Positions 50,731 to 58,604 of a stretch of DNA of 64,000 nucleotides are shown here, in pieces. This DNA comes from Verrucomicrobiota bacterium (GTDB lineage Bacteria > Verrucomicrobiota > Verrucomicrobiia > Chthoniobacterales > UBA10450): the NCBI GenBank assembly GCA_046725285.1, contig JBKOYG010000047.1:1024-65023 (forward strand), written 5' to 3'. Made by a program: the position numbers and the translations under genes. The notes under the pieces were generated by a model, which worked only from the letters and a program-made list of their open reading frames with translations, was not told the DNA's origin and searched no databases. Position 1 is the first letter of the stretch, and every line of letters begins with the position of its first letter.

Positions 50731-50976
50731 TTACATCACTTCTTCACCGGTAGGAACCTGCCCCGTTCGCAGGAACGTCTTAATCAGCGAGCCCTCTCCG
50801 CAGACAATCATCTCGGGAAATCGTTTGAACCATCGACCCTCCGGCACTTCCGGATCTTTAGCGAGCCAATATGTGAGCAGCCCCAGTTGCGAAGTCGAAA
50901 TTTCGCGCTGTCGAACTCGCCTGATGAGGTGCGCCATCAGCGGCTCGGGGATGCATTCGCGTCGAATGCGAGGCAT
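50731..50976 (-). CDS. Hypothetical protein, second gene of an uncharacterised two-gene (TA-like) module
   Basis: 81 aa, 3 nt downstream of the 50980-51192 gene. No domain recognised. Confidence 0.45.
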   Translation of the reverse strand: MPRIRRECIPEPLMAHLIRRVRQREISTSQLGLLTYWLAKDPEVPEGRWFKRFPEMIVCGEGSLIKTFLRTGQVPTGEEVM

Positions 50977-50979
50977 CGC

Positions 50980-51192
50980 TCAACGGCCGTAAAAGCCCGC
51001 AAGAATCTTTTTTTCCAGTCGGTCTGCCTCTTCAGGGTCTTTGGTCGCCACCATCTGATCTGCTAATGCCACGAGTTCGTCTGGCGTTAGCTGGCGCTTC
51101 GCCGTTTGCGAACGAAGCAATGCGGTCAGCACCTCGGCTTTTTCTTTCGAAGGGAGCCGCTCGATTTCTTCGATGATCTGAGTCGCGGTCAC
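50980..51192 (-). CDS. Putative addiction-module-component-like small protein
   Basis: MTATQIIEEIERLPSKEKAEVLTALL resembles the N-terminus of 'putative addiction module component' antitoxin-type proteins. Confidence 0.45.
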   Translation of the reverse strand: MTATQIIEEIERLPSKEKAEVLTALLRSQTAKRQLTPDELVALADQMVATKDPEEADRLEKKILAGFYGR

Positions 51193-51345
51193 ACCGAGAT
51201 TGTAACGCGCCAGTTCGACCCAAGCAAAAGGCGGATTATACGCACTAGATCCAATCGGCGGAGCCCGATCCTTTTACTTCGTCTCTCTTAAATCTTACTT
51301 TCCGTGCGCCTCCGCTCCCGCCAGGAAAAGGCTGATCATCTCTTT

Positions 51346-52854
51346 TCAACTCGAAGCCGCACATAGCCCTCTGAGTTGCCGAACCGCGGCAGGAATCTGA
51401 TTCGCACGCGTGTTGCCGAAGCCGAGCACGAAGCCCCGACGCGGCGATTTACCAACATACGAAGCGGACAGTGGTGATAACCACAATGATTCTTTAGCAG
51501 CACGGGCGGCGAGCTGTTGATCGTTGCGGAGTTGCGGAAGCAACAGGGCGACGTGCAGGCCGGCTTCGTCGCCGATGATCTCGGCGCCTTCGCCGAATGC
51601 GCGCGCGAGCTCGGCAGCGAGAACTTCGCGGCGTTCGGCGTAAATCGGACGCATCCGCCGAATATGACGAGCAAAATGACCTTCGCGGATGAATTCGAGC
51701 ATGACCGCTTGCGGGATATGCGACGGACAGAGATCCATCGATTGGCGCATGGCGGCGAAGCTTTCCACCAGAGCAGATGGAATAACAATGTAACCGAGCC
51801 GCAAAGCTGGGAACATAACTTTGCTGAAACTGCCGATGTAAATGACGCGATCGTGCTGATCCATTCCCTGCAACGACGCGATCGGTTTGCTGTTGTATCG
51901 ATACTCGCTGTCGTAATCGTCCTCAACAATCCACGCGGCGGCGCGCTGCGCCCATTCCAACAATTGCAGGCGTCGCGTCGCGCTCATCGTCACGCCTAAT
52001 GGATATTGGTGCGACGGCGCGACGAACGCGGCGCGCGCTTTGCGGTTGAGCCTGATCCCGGCGGCGACGTTCAGACCTTCGGCATCGACGGGCACTGGCA
52101 CAGAGCGACAACCAGCCGCGCGCAAAACATGATGCACAAGCCAGTAACCCGGTTCCTCGACCCAAACGGCAGCGCCAGGATCGACAATTACCCGGGTCGT
52201 CAGGTCAAGCGCCTGTTGTGAGCCGCTCACGATCATGATCTGATCAGCTTCGCAGCGCACACCGCGCGCGGTACGGAGATATACCGCGATGGTTTCGCGC
52301 AGGTCCGGTAATCCCATGGGATCGCCGTACTGCAATCCTTTCACTTGTACGCGACGCGAGTAACGCGCGATGAGCTTCGACCAGATGTCCATCGGAAAGG
52401 AATGAAGATCCGGTTGGCCGATTTGGAACGGGCCGAGATTTCCCGCCCAGACCGGGCGCTCGTACCGAGGCATCGCTGCAGCGCGCGAAGAAATTCTGCG
52501 CGACGTATGGTCGATCCTGATCGCCGCTGCGCCTAACGAGTGGTGCTGCGCCGGCAGCGAAGTTGCAATGAATGTGCCGGCGCCGACACGACTCTCAAAA
52601 TATCCTTCCGCGAGAAGCTGCGCATAAGCATTCAGCACCGGCAGACGCGACACACGCAGCTCGCGCGCAAGCCGACGGCTCGAGGGCACCAGTTCCCCCG
52701 CGCGCAACTCGCGCTGAATGATGCGGTGACGGAAGGAATCGTAGATCTGCTGATGGAGCGGTTTTCGTGCGCGGCGATCGACGCTGATTAGCGCCACGAC
52801 ACCCCGTAATTCGGTTTTCAAAGTGGTCATGTCGAAATCACCAAGAGTGGTCAT
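51346..52854 (-). CDS. MocR/PdxR-type regulator (GntR wHTH fused to a fold-type I aminotransferase-like domain)
   Basis: N-terminus PLHQQIYDSFRHRIIQRELRAGELVPSSRRLARELRVSRLPV and a C-terminal PLP-domain pattern (SFSKVMFPALRLGY). Confidence 0.8.
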   Translation of the reverse strand: MTTLGDFDMTTLKTELRGVVALISVDRRARKPLHQQIYDSFRHRIIQRELRAGELVPSSRRLARELRVSRLPVLNAYAQLLAEGYFESRVGAGTFIATSLPAQHHSLGAAAIRIDHTSRRISSRAAAMPRYERPVWAGNLGPFQIGQPDLHSFPMDIWSKLIARYSRRVQVKGLQYGDPMGLPDLRETIAVYLRTARGVRCEADQIMIVSGSQQALDLTTRVIVDPGAAVWVEEPGYWLVHHVLRAAGCRSVPVPVDAEGLNVAAGIRLNRKARAAFVAPSHQYPLGVTMSATRRLQLLEWAQRAAAWIVEDDYDSEYRYNSKPIASLQGMDQHDRVIYIGSFSKVMFPALRLGYIVIPSALVESFAAMRQSMDLCPSHIPQAVMLEFIREGHFARHIRRMRPIYAERREVLAAELARAFGEGAEIIGDEAGLHVALLLPQLRNDQQLAARAAKESLWLSPLSASYVGKSPRRGFVLGFGNTRANQIPAAVRQLRGLCAASS

Positions 52855-52887
52855 TTACTATGACCACTTTCGCAACGACAAAGCAAG

Positions 52888-53964
52888 ATGATCAAAACAG
52901 TATGGCAGTTTTCGGCAGTGGCGGCGGCGGTGTTGGCAAGCATCGCGACAGGAACAGCAACAATGGCAGCGGAGCCGTTACCAGCTCCGGCGTCGGTCCA
53001 CGACGGCCAGCACGACTTCGATTTCGTGATCGGCACCTGGAAGTCGCACGTGCGTCGCTTGCAGAAGCCACTGACAGGATCAACATCCTGGATTGAAGGC
53101 GATGCCACGGTGTCGGTTCGAAAGATCTGGAACGGCCGCGGTAATCTGGAAGAGATTGAGCTCACAACGCCCGCGGGCCATCTGGAGGGACTGACGCTGC
53201 GCTTGTACGATCCACAAGCGCGCCAATGGAGACTCTACTGGGCAAATGCGGCTCAGGGCGTGCTGACCTCGCCCGTGTCGATCGGCGAGTTCAGAGACGG
53301 TCGCGGCGAGTTTTACGATCAGGAAACATTCGACGGCAAAATTATTCTGGTCAGGCACAGGTTTTCGGAAATCACGCCGAATTCGTATCACTTTGAACAA
53401 GCTTTTTCGGCGGACCGCGGCCAGACCTGGGAAGCGAATTGGATCGCGGACGTAACGCGCACGAGCGACGAGCCGATTGCCCCGTCACTCAGCGCGGAAG
53501 ATCGCAACCGCGATTTCGATTTCAACATCGGCCACTGGGACGTGGAGTTGAAACGTCTCACAAATCCGTTGAACGGTAACTCGAGGTGGACCGACTGGAA
53601 AGGCACGGGCGAGGTCGCGCCCGTATGGAACGGACGCGGAAGCGTCGCTCAGTTCGAGCTCGACGGGCCGACTGGTCATCTCCAGGGCGTCGGACTGCGT
53701 CTTTACAATCATGAAGCGAAACAATGGACAATCAGCTGGGCAAACAGTCGCAACGGCGCGATGGGCGTGCCCATCGTGGGCGAGTTCAAGGGCGGTCGCG
53801 GCGATTTCATCGACGCGGAGGAATTCAATGGCCGGCAGATTTTCGTGCGCAACAACTTCTCGAAGATCACCGCGGACTCCTGCTACTTCGAGCAGGCGTT
53901 CTCAGGCGATAACGGCCGGACCTGGGAAGCGAACTGGTTGATGACGTTCAAACGACGCAAATGA
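52888..53964 (+). CDS. Secreted protein made of two tandem ~165-aa DUF1579-like domains
   Basis: Each half has HDFDF.IG.W...L..PL.G...W....G...V..VWNGRG...E......GH..G..LRLY......W...WAN...G....P.VGEF..GRG.F.D.E.F.G...VR..FS.IT..S..FEQAFS.D.G.TWEANW. Confidence 0.6.
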   Translation: MIKTVWQFSAVAAAVLASIATGTATMAAEPLPAPASVHDGQHDFDFVIGTWKSHVRRLQKPLTGSTSWIEGDATVSVRKIWNGRGNLEEIELTTPAGHLEGLTLRLYDPQARQWRLYWANAAQGVLTSPVSIGEFRDGRGEFYDQETFDGKIILVRHRFSEITPNSYHFEQAFSADRGQTWEANWIADVTRTSDEPIAPSLSAEDRNRDFDFNIGHWDVELKRLTNPLNGNSRWTDWKGTGEVAPVWNGRGSVAQFELDGPTGHLQGVGLRLYNHEAKQWTISWANSRNGAMGVPIVGEFKGGRGDFIDAEEFNGRQIFVRNNFSKITADSCYFEQAFSGDNGRTWEANWLMTFKRRK

Positions 53965-54494
53965 TCCGTGGATTTTTGGGTTTGTTGCTGATCGTGAGCG
54001 CAGTCGGCGCGCTCGCGCAGGAAAACTCGAGTGGGCAACATGATTTCGATTGGGAATTTGGAACCTGGCACACACACCTGTGGAGACTGAAGCAGCCGTT
54101 GAGCGGGTCTAACGAATGGTTGGAGTACGACGGCACGACGGTCGTGCGAAAAATCTGGGACGGCCGCGCCAATTTGGTGGAACTGGAGGTCAACGGACCC
54201 GCTCACATCGAGGCGCTCAATCTGCGCCTGTATAATCCGGAGACGCACAAGTGGAGTTTGAATTTTGCGAGCAGCAAAACGGGCACGCTCGGCACGCCGA
54301 CGGTTGGCGAATTCAGTAACGGCCGGGGCGAATTTTACGATCAGGAGGATTTCAACGGACGCCCGGTCCTGGTGCGCTTCATTATCTCGGACATCAAACC
54401 AGAATCCTGCAAGTTCGAGCAATTTTTCTCGACTGACGGCGGCAAGACCTGGGAGGTAAATTGGATTGCGATCGACACGCGAGTGAACGAATAA
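53961..54494 (+). CDS. Single-domain paralogue of the 52888 protein (DUF1579-like)
   Basis: Same motif string (GQHDFDWEFGTWHTHL...WDGRANLVELEV...FEQFFSTDGGKTWEVNW). ATGA overlap with the upstream gene. Confidence 0.6.
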   Translation: MIRGFLGLLLIVSAVGALAQENSSGQHDFDWEFGTWHTHLWRLKQPLSGSNEWLEYDGTTVVRKIWDGRANLVELEVNGPAHIEALNLRLYNPETHKWSLNFASSKTGTLGTPTVGEFSNGRGEFYDQEDFNGRPVLVRFIISDIKPESCKFEQFFSTDGGKTWEVNWIAIDTRVNE

Positions 54495-54740
54495 CAAAAC
54501 GCCATCGAGGAGCATTTCTATTTCCTAGCTCATCCTTATTACTTCGTAATTCTTCCTTGGTCGTACATCCGATCCGCACTTGAAGTGAATCCCTTCCTGG
54601 CGATTTCGGCTCTGACAGAACGCATTGTCGAAAACATCATCGCCTCGCTGGCTCGTTGACCAGACAAGTCCGATAAACTCTATATCTTGTGTCGAAACTA
54701 CTTGCGCTGCCATACATCTTGCGCAAATCTGTCAAACCAG

Positions 54741-55037
54741 ATGGACCGGCCTATTGACCTTACCGGCCGTAAGTTTGGAAAATGGATAGTTCTGCCTCGC
54801 GACGGGTTTGAGTCGATCCATCGGGATTGCAAGTGGTTGGTTCAGTGCGAGTGCGGAAGGCTTAGGCTCGTCCCCGGAGAGGACCTCTTAAATGGGCGGT
54901 CTTCATCTTGTGGCTGCGCATCGCGTCGCAAAAACAGTGATGACCGGAAGACCTCAGTGCGCGGTGAAGCGCTGCGAACGCGATTGCAGCGTGTTATGAA
55001 CGAGCTTCGACCCGAGGGAGCAGGACCAGAAATCTGA
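54741..55037 (+). CDS. Small Cys-rich hypothetical protein
   Basis: MDRPIDLTGRKFGKWIVL...WLVQCECGRLRLVPGEDLLNGRSSSCGC. This LTGxxFGxL...CxCxCG...SCGC pattern is seen in phage/mobile-element-associated small proteins. Confidence 0.45.
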   Translation: MDRPIDLTGRKFGKWIVLPRDGFESIHRDCKWLVQCECGRLRLVPGEDLLNGRSSSCGCASRRKNSDDRKTSVRGEALRTRLQRVMNELRPEGAGPEI

Positions 55038-55183
55038 GGGTGCGCGGGAACCTGATTTGTTTGATGAGGATACACAATCGGATCGGCGGATGATTGTCTA
55101 ATCACATTAAATCCTACAATAGCCCTGACACGCGAATTCTTGGCAATGCCTCTGCGCGGGGGTGGGTTGCATGGTCGGCAACC

Positions 55184-55936
55184 ATGATCCGCAACACAAA
55201 CGGAAGCACCTCGAGGCTGGGCTGGAAATTCGCTCTCGACGTCACGTGCATTTTGCTTGCGCTGCCAGTTTGGTTGCCGGTGATGATCTTGCTCATGCTG
55301 ATAACACGATTCGCTTCGCCTGGTCCGATCTTCTATCGGCAGGAGCGGGTTGGTCTTGGAGGAAGGCCTTTCTTTATCTGGAAGTTCAGAACGATGCAGG
55401 AAAGTGCTGAGACACAAACTCACGAACATTACTTCCACGAATTGATGAGGGTCGATCGTCCAATGACGAAGCTGGATGCTTATGGCGATCCACGCCTCGC
55501 CCCTTTTGGCCGATTTCTGCGTGCGAGCGGCCTGGATGAGTTGCCGCAAATCTTCAACGTGCTTTGCGGCGAGATGAGTCTGGTTGGTCCGCGGCCCTGC
55601 ACACCAAATGAATTTGCTCATTACGAGCCGTGGCAACGGCAACGTGTAAATGGTCTGCCGGGGCTTACCGGACAATGGCAGGTAAACGGCAAGAATAAAA
55701 CGACGTTCAACGAGATGATCATGATGGATCTCTTCTACCTCGAGAACATGTCGATCTTACTCGATCTAAAAATTATGCTTAAGACCGGCGCCGTTATCGC
55801 CGGGCAACTCTTGGAATTTCAGCAGGCGACACGACGCTGTCGTTCCGGCGCAAACCATACACAGCTCGAAGCTGTAGTGACCAGCATCGTAGGCACTGCG
55901 ACCCAAACCGGATTCGAAACCGCATCGCCCGACTAA
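55184..55936 (+). CDS. Bacterial sugar transferase (polyprenyl-phosphate hexose-1-phosphate transferase, WbaP/EpsL-like)
   Basis: FALDVTCILLALPVWLPVMILLMLITRFASPGPIFYRQERVGLGGRPFFIWKFRTM, DELPQIFNVLCGEMSLVGPRP. Confidence 0.8.
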   Translation: MIRNTNGSTSRLGWKFALDVTCILLALPVWLPVMILLMLITRFASPGPIFYRQERVGLGGRPFFIWKFRTMQESAETQTHEHYFHELMRVDRPMTKLDAYGDPRLAPFGRFLRASGLDELPQIFNVLCGEMSLVGPRPCTPNEFAHYEPWQRQRVNGLPGLTGQWQVNGKNKTTFNEMIMMDLFYLENMSILLDLKIMLKTGAVIAGQLLEFQQATRRCRSGANHTQLEAVVTSIVGTATQTGFETASPD

Positions 55937-55962
55937 CGCAATGGAATCGTCCGGGTGCGATT

Positions 55963-56250
55963 CTACTTCGGCGGAACCGTTATCCAGCCGCCGACACCAA
56001 GCGCAGTCAGCACGATTTCCACTGCCAGCGAACAAAGGATGAGTCCCATTACACGGACAAGGACGGACGCGCCCTGCCGACCGATCACCCGCAGAATCGC
56101 ATCCGAAAAAAGCAGCAGGAGATAGGTCAGGAAGAGCACCACCAGAAGGACAACGCCAGTTTCGATCCGCTCCGGCACCGTATAAACATCGTTATCAGTT
56201 AAGACAATCACGGCCATCATCGCGCCCGGCCCGGCGATGACGGCCCGGCC
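55963..56250 (-). pseudogene. marC: marC (MarC/UPF0056 family) 3' fragment
   Basis: Reads ...AVIAGPGAMMAVIVLTDN...SVLVRVMGLILCSLAVEIVLTALG. There is no N-terminal half upstream, where a REP hairpin and hicBA follow instead. Confidence 0.7.
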
Positions 56251-56263
56251 CGAACATCTGTGC

Positions 56264-56287
56264 TGTAGCGGCGGTCTCTGACCGCCG
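56264..56287. repeat. Short REP hairpin TGTAGCGGCGGTCTCTGACCGCCG
   Basis: Near-identical to 45811-45834. Located exactly at the upstream break of the marC 3' fragment. Confidence 0.65.
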
Positions 56288-56324
56288 AAATGTCCGGCGA
56301 TCAGTCGCCATGCAGAGAATCTTC

Positions 56325-56562
56325 TCAGCCGAAGAGCCGCTGAATCAATTCGTCGCGACTAATTTCAAAATGCGCGGCCGCGTCGCCAAGAATTCCGGCC
56401 AGCGTTCCCACTTTAAGTGGATCTGGGAATCGTGACATGATGCTGCCCGCGCTCAGTGGTCGTCAGCCGCAGATGGCTGCCGGTTTGCCGCGTGACTTCG
56501 TAGCCCAAGCGCCCCAGCCGTTTGGCAAGATCCGCTCCCGAAATGTCTCTCGGCAATTTCAT
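56325..56562 (-). pseudogene. hicA: hicA toxin gene, frameshifted
   Basis: My translation from the ATG at 56562 gives MKLPRDISGADLAKRLGRLGYEVTRQTGSHLRLTTTERGQHHVTIPRST*. The +1 frame continues PDPLKVGTLAGILGDAAAHFEISRDELIQRLFG* (stop at 56325). The shift lies near 56415-56425. Confidence 0.7.
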
Positions 56563-56592
56563 CTTACCAACGAGAGCGGTGTCAACTGGCAC

Positions 56593-56799
56593 TCAGCCCG
56601 CAAGCACTTCGTCGCGGACAAAATGCAAACGAATCACCTTCGGGGCGTTTCCCTCATCGAAATGGCAATTCACAGCATCGCGAACCTGTTGCCGAAGCGT
56701 GTCCAAAGTGTCCGCCTCGGTAAAGATCGACTCACCCAAGGCTCGCGCCGTAAAGCCGCCTTCCGCCGCATCCTCGATCAAGAAAATAATTTCGTTCAT
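56593..56799 (-). CDS. hicB: HicB-like antitoxin (HicB_lk_antitox type)
   Basis: MNEIIFLIEDAAEGGFTARALGESIFTEADTLDTLRQQVRDAVNCHFDEGNAPKVIRLHFVRDEVL. Confidence 0.75.
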   Translation of the reverse strand: MNEIIFLIEDAAEGGFTARALGESIFTEADTLDTLRQQVRDAVNCHFDEGNAPKVIRLHFVRDEVLAG

Positions 56800-56898
56800 G
56801 CGTTGCGGGCCAAAAGCGTGTTTCAATTACGCCGAGAGTCTCTGCGATTCGGAGTTCATTGGCAAGAATTGTCGCAGTCCGTTGATTACCGCGTCGAG

Positions 56899-56981
56899 AA
56901 TCGAGCTGAGGGGGTCAGCGAGATAGAAGGTAAAGTCGCGAGGGTAGCGACGAGCGAGCTGGGCAGCGAACGAGTTTCAAT
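56899..56981 (+). repeat. Structured repeat, single A-type unit (locus 1)
   Basis: AATCGAGC-[GCTGA ggggg TCAGC]-GAGATAGAAGGTAAA-[GTCGC gagggta GCGAC]-GAGCGAGCTGGGCAGCGAACGAGTTTCAAT. Abuts the truncated marC 5' fragment. Confidence 0.8.
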
Positions 56982-57173
56982 GACCTGGCCAGCGGTCATG
57001 GCGGCCACGAGGATGATGGCGGCGTAAATCACAGCACGCAGCGCCGTCAGATGCCGCTCTGACCGGGTAAGCGCAGCGGTCAGCCCGGCAAACAACGCTA
57101 CGTTGCCAATTGGATCAATCGTCTTCCAAAGCGTCGCAAAATCCTTGCTGATTTTAATTAACAGAGGCGACAT
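56982..57173 (-). pseudogene. marC: marC 5' fragment a (codons 1-64), truncated by the repeat
   Basis: MSPLLIKISKDFATLWKTIDPIGNVALFAGLTAALTRSERHLTALRAVIYAAIILVAAMTAGQVI, after which the track ORF continues into repeat-derived sequence. Confidence 0.7.
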
Positions 57174-57367
57174 GGGTAAATGTGCGCTGTCGTTTTAAAC
57201 AAACCGCAGATCAAAGGCGAGACAAAGCTATGCGCGGCCGTTCGCGGATGGAACGCGTGAAATGATTTCTTTGGATTCAACGCTTTAACGATTCAATTCG
57301 CCGCTGGACGAATTCGCCGTGGCGGACGCGTTAACGATTCACCGAATCAAACTACGACAGTGGTGCG

Positions 57368-57616
57368 AATCGAGCTGAGGGGTTCAGCGACATAGAACAC
57401 GTCGCGATCGGGTATCGCGCGGGTAGACGGCAGCGCAGCTAGGTAGCTGGCGCAAGCACGGGGCCGTGCGAGTGATCAACGTAAAAGTGACGAGGGTAGG
57501 AGCGAGTGAGCGTGGGCAGCAAACGAGTTTCAATGGAGCGAGTGGGATGAGCGACATAGAAGGCAAAGCTGCGAGGGTAGCAGCGAGTAAGCGTGGGCAG
57601 CGAGCGAGTTTCAAAT
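57368..57616 (+). repeat. Structured repeat array (locus 2): B unit, C block, degenerate A, full A
   Basis: The B unit has GCTGA-ggggt-TCAGC (57374-57388). The C block 57415-57485 is about 90% identical to 61024-61096. The last A unit has GCTGC-gagggta-GCAGC (57568-57584). It ends in GAGTTTCAAAT, fused to codon 12 of a second marC 5' end. Confidence 0.8.
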
Positions 57617-57819
57617 CTTTGCTAATCTTGATCAAAAGCGGAGACATATGCCGGAGCGTGCGTTTTATCCTGATACGAACGAAGGATCAAGCACGAGCAA
57701 AGTTGGCGGTGTGAAATGGGCCATTGCTGACCTCAAAGAGATTATCGAGTTTCTCGCGGAAGATATGACCGACGAACGGCTTGTCTCTACCTGCGCGACA
57801 CCGCTACAATTTGGTTTCG

Positions 57820-58074
57820 ATGGGCAGAGCCGAGAAACTCGCCGCGAAGATTCTCAGTGGAAAATCAGACAAAAATTTTGCCTTCAACGATCTTTGTTAC
57901 ATTCTTGAGCGCGCTGGGTTCCAGCTGCGTCCCGGAAGAGGAAGTCATCGGATTTATTACAAAGAGGGAGTCATCGAAATCGTCAACATTCAACCTCGCG
58001 ACGGAAAAGCGAAACCGTATCAAGTAAAACAGGTGCGCGAACTGCTTTTAAAGTATAAGATCGACATCGAATGA
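57820..58074 (+). CDS. hicA: HicA-family toxin (YcfA-like)
   Basis: MGRAEKLAAKILSGKSDKNFAFNDLCYILERAGFQLRPGRGSHRIYYKEGVIEIVNIQP. 4-nt overlap with the downstream hicB. Confidence 0.7.
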   Translation: MGRAEKLAAKILSGKSDKNFAFNDLCYILERAGFQLRPGRGSHRIYYKEGVIEIVNIQPRDGKAKPYQVKQVRELLLKYKIDIE

Positions 58075-58283
58075 CGACGCGTTACGAACTGATCATTTAT
58101 TGGAGCAAAGAGGACGACAGTTTTGTCGTCGAAGTCCCGGAGCTACCCGGCTGCATGGCCGACGGCAAAACTTACGCCGAAGCCGTGAAGAACGCCGAGC
58201 AAATTATCGACGAATGGATCGAAACCGCGCGTAAACTTGGGCGCCCGATTCCCGAGCCGCGCGGCAAGCTCGCCTACGCCTGA
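58071..58283 (+). CDS. hicB: HicB-family antitoxin (short form)
   Basis: YELIIYWSKEDDSFVVEVPELPGCMADGKTYAEAVKNAEQIIDEWIETARKLGRPIPEP. Confidence 0.75.
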   Translation: MTTRYELIIYWSKEDDSFVVEVPELPGCMADGKTYAEAVKNAEQIIDEWIETARKLGRPIPEPRGKLAYA

Positions 58284-58349
58284 GATCTGCGTTTCATCGC
58301 CGATCACTTATCACTTCTTTCCGACCAACGCTTCAACGACCCGCTCGCG

Positions 58350-58433
58350 AATGGAGCCGAGGGGACACGAGCGACATAGATGGGCAAACCCGCCTAAGGC
58401 AGGTCGAAATGCGCGGGAGCGCATGAGTCAAAG
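58350..58433 (+). repeat. Degenerate unit of the structured repeat (locus 3)
   Basis: AATGGAGCCGAGGGGACACGAGCGACATAGATGGGCAAA... ends in GAGTCAAAG. It retains the 5' half and an ATGCGC-ggga-GCGCAT hairpin. Confidence 0.55.
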
Positions 58434-58604
58434 CTTTCGGAGTCAACCCTCAACAATCAACTCTCAACCATCAACTGCTTTAATGAAGAGAGACATGTGT
58501 CAGAAATGTCGCTCTAGATTTATACGAACGGTCAATCAATCGCGAGGCAGGGTTCGCCTAATTCCTACTTCTTAATTGGTATTTTTTACTTCTGACTTTC
58601 TTCT

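Noticed and set aside
56820-56827. An extra GTTTCAAT octamer just upstream of hicB, as a further repeat remnant.
   Set aside because: An 8-mer is expected by chance about twice in a window of this size, and there is no flanking similarity.
57384-57647. 87-aa ORF MSPLLIKISKDLKLARCPRLLAATLAALPSMSL..., and the similar ORFs 60751-60984, 60761-61024 and the tail of 56886-57173.
   Set aside because: They are translations of the repeat units on the minus strand, and the repetitive LATLATLPS-type strings follow the hairpin stems. Only the first 11 or 64 codons are genuine marC sequence.
57648-57908. 86-aa plus-strand ORF between repeat locus 2 and hicA.
   Set aside because: It overlaps the region homologous to the marC promoter/leader and the hicA start, and it has no recognisable motifs.
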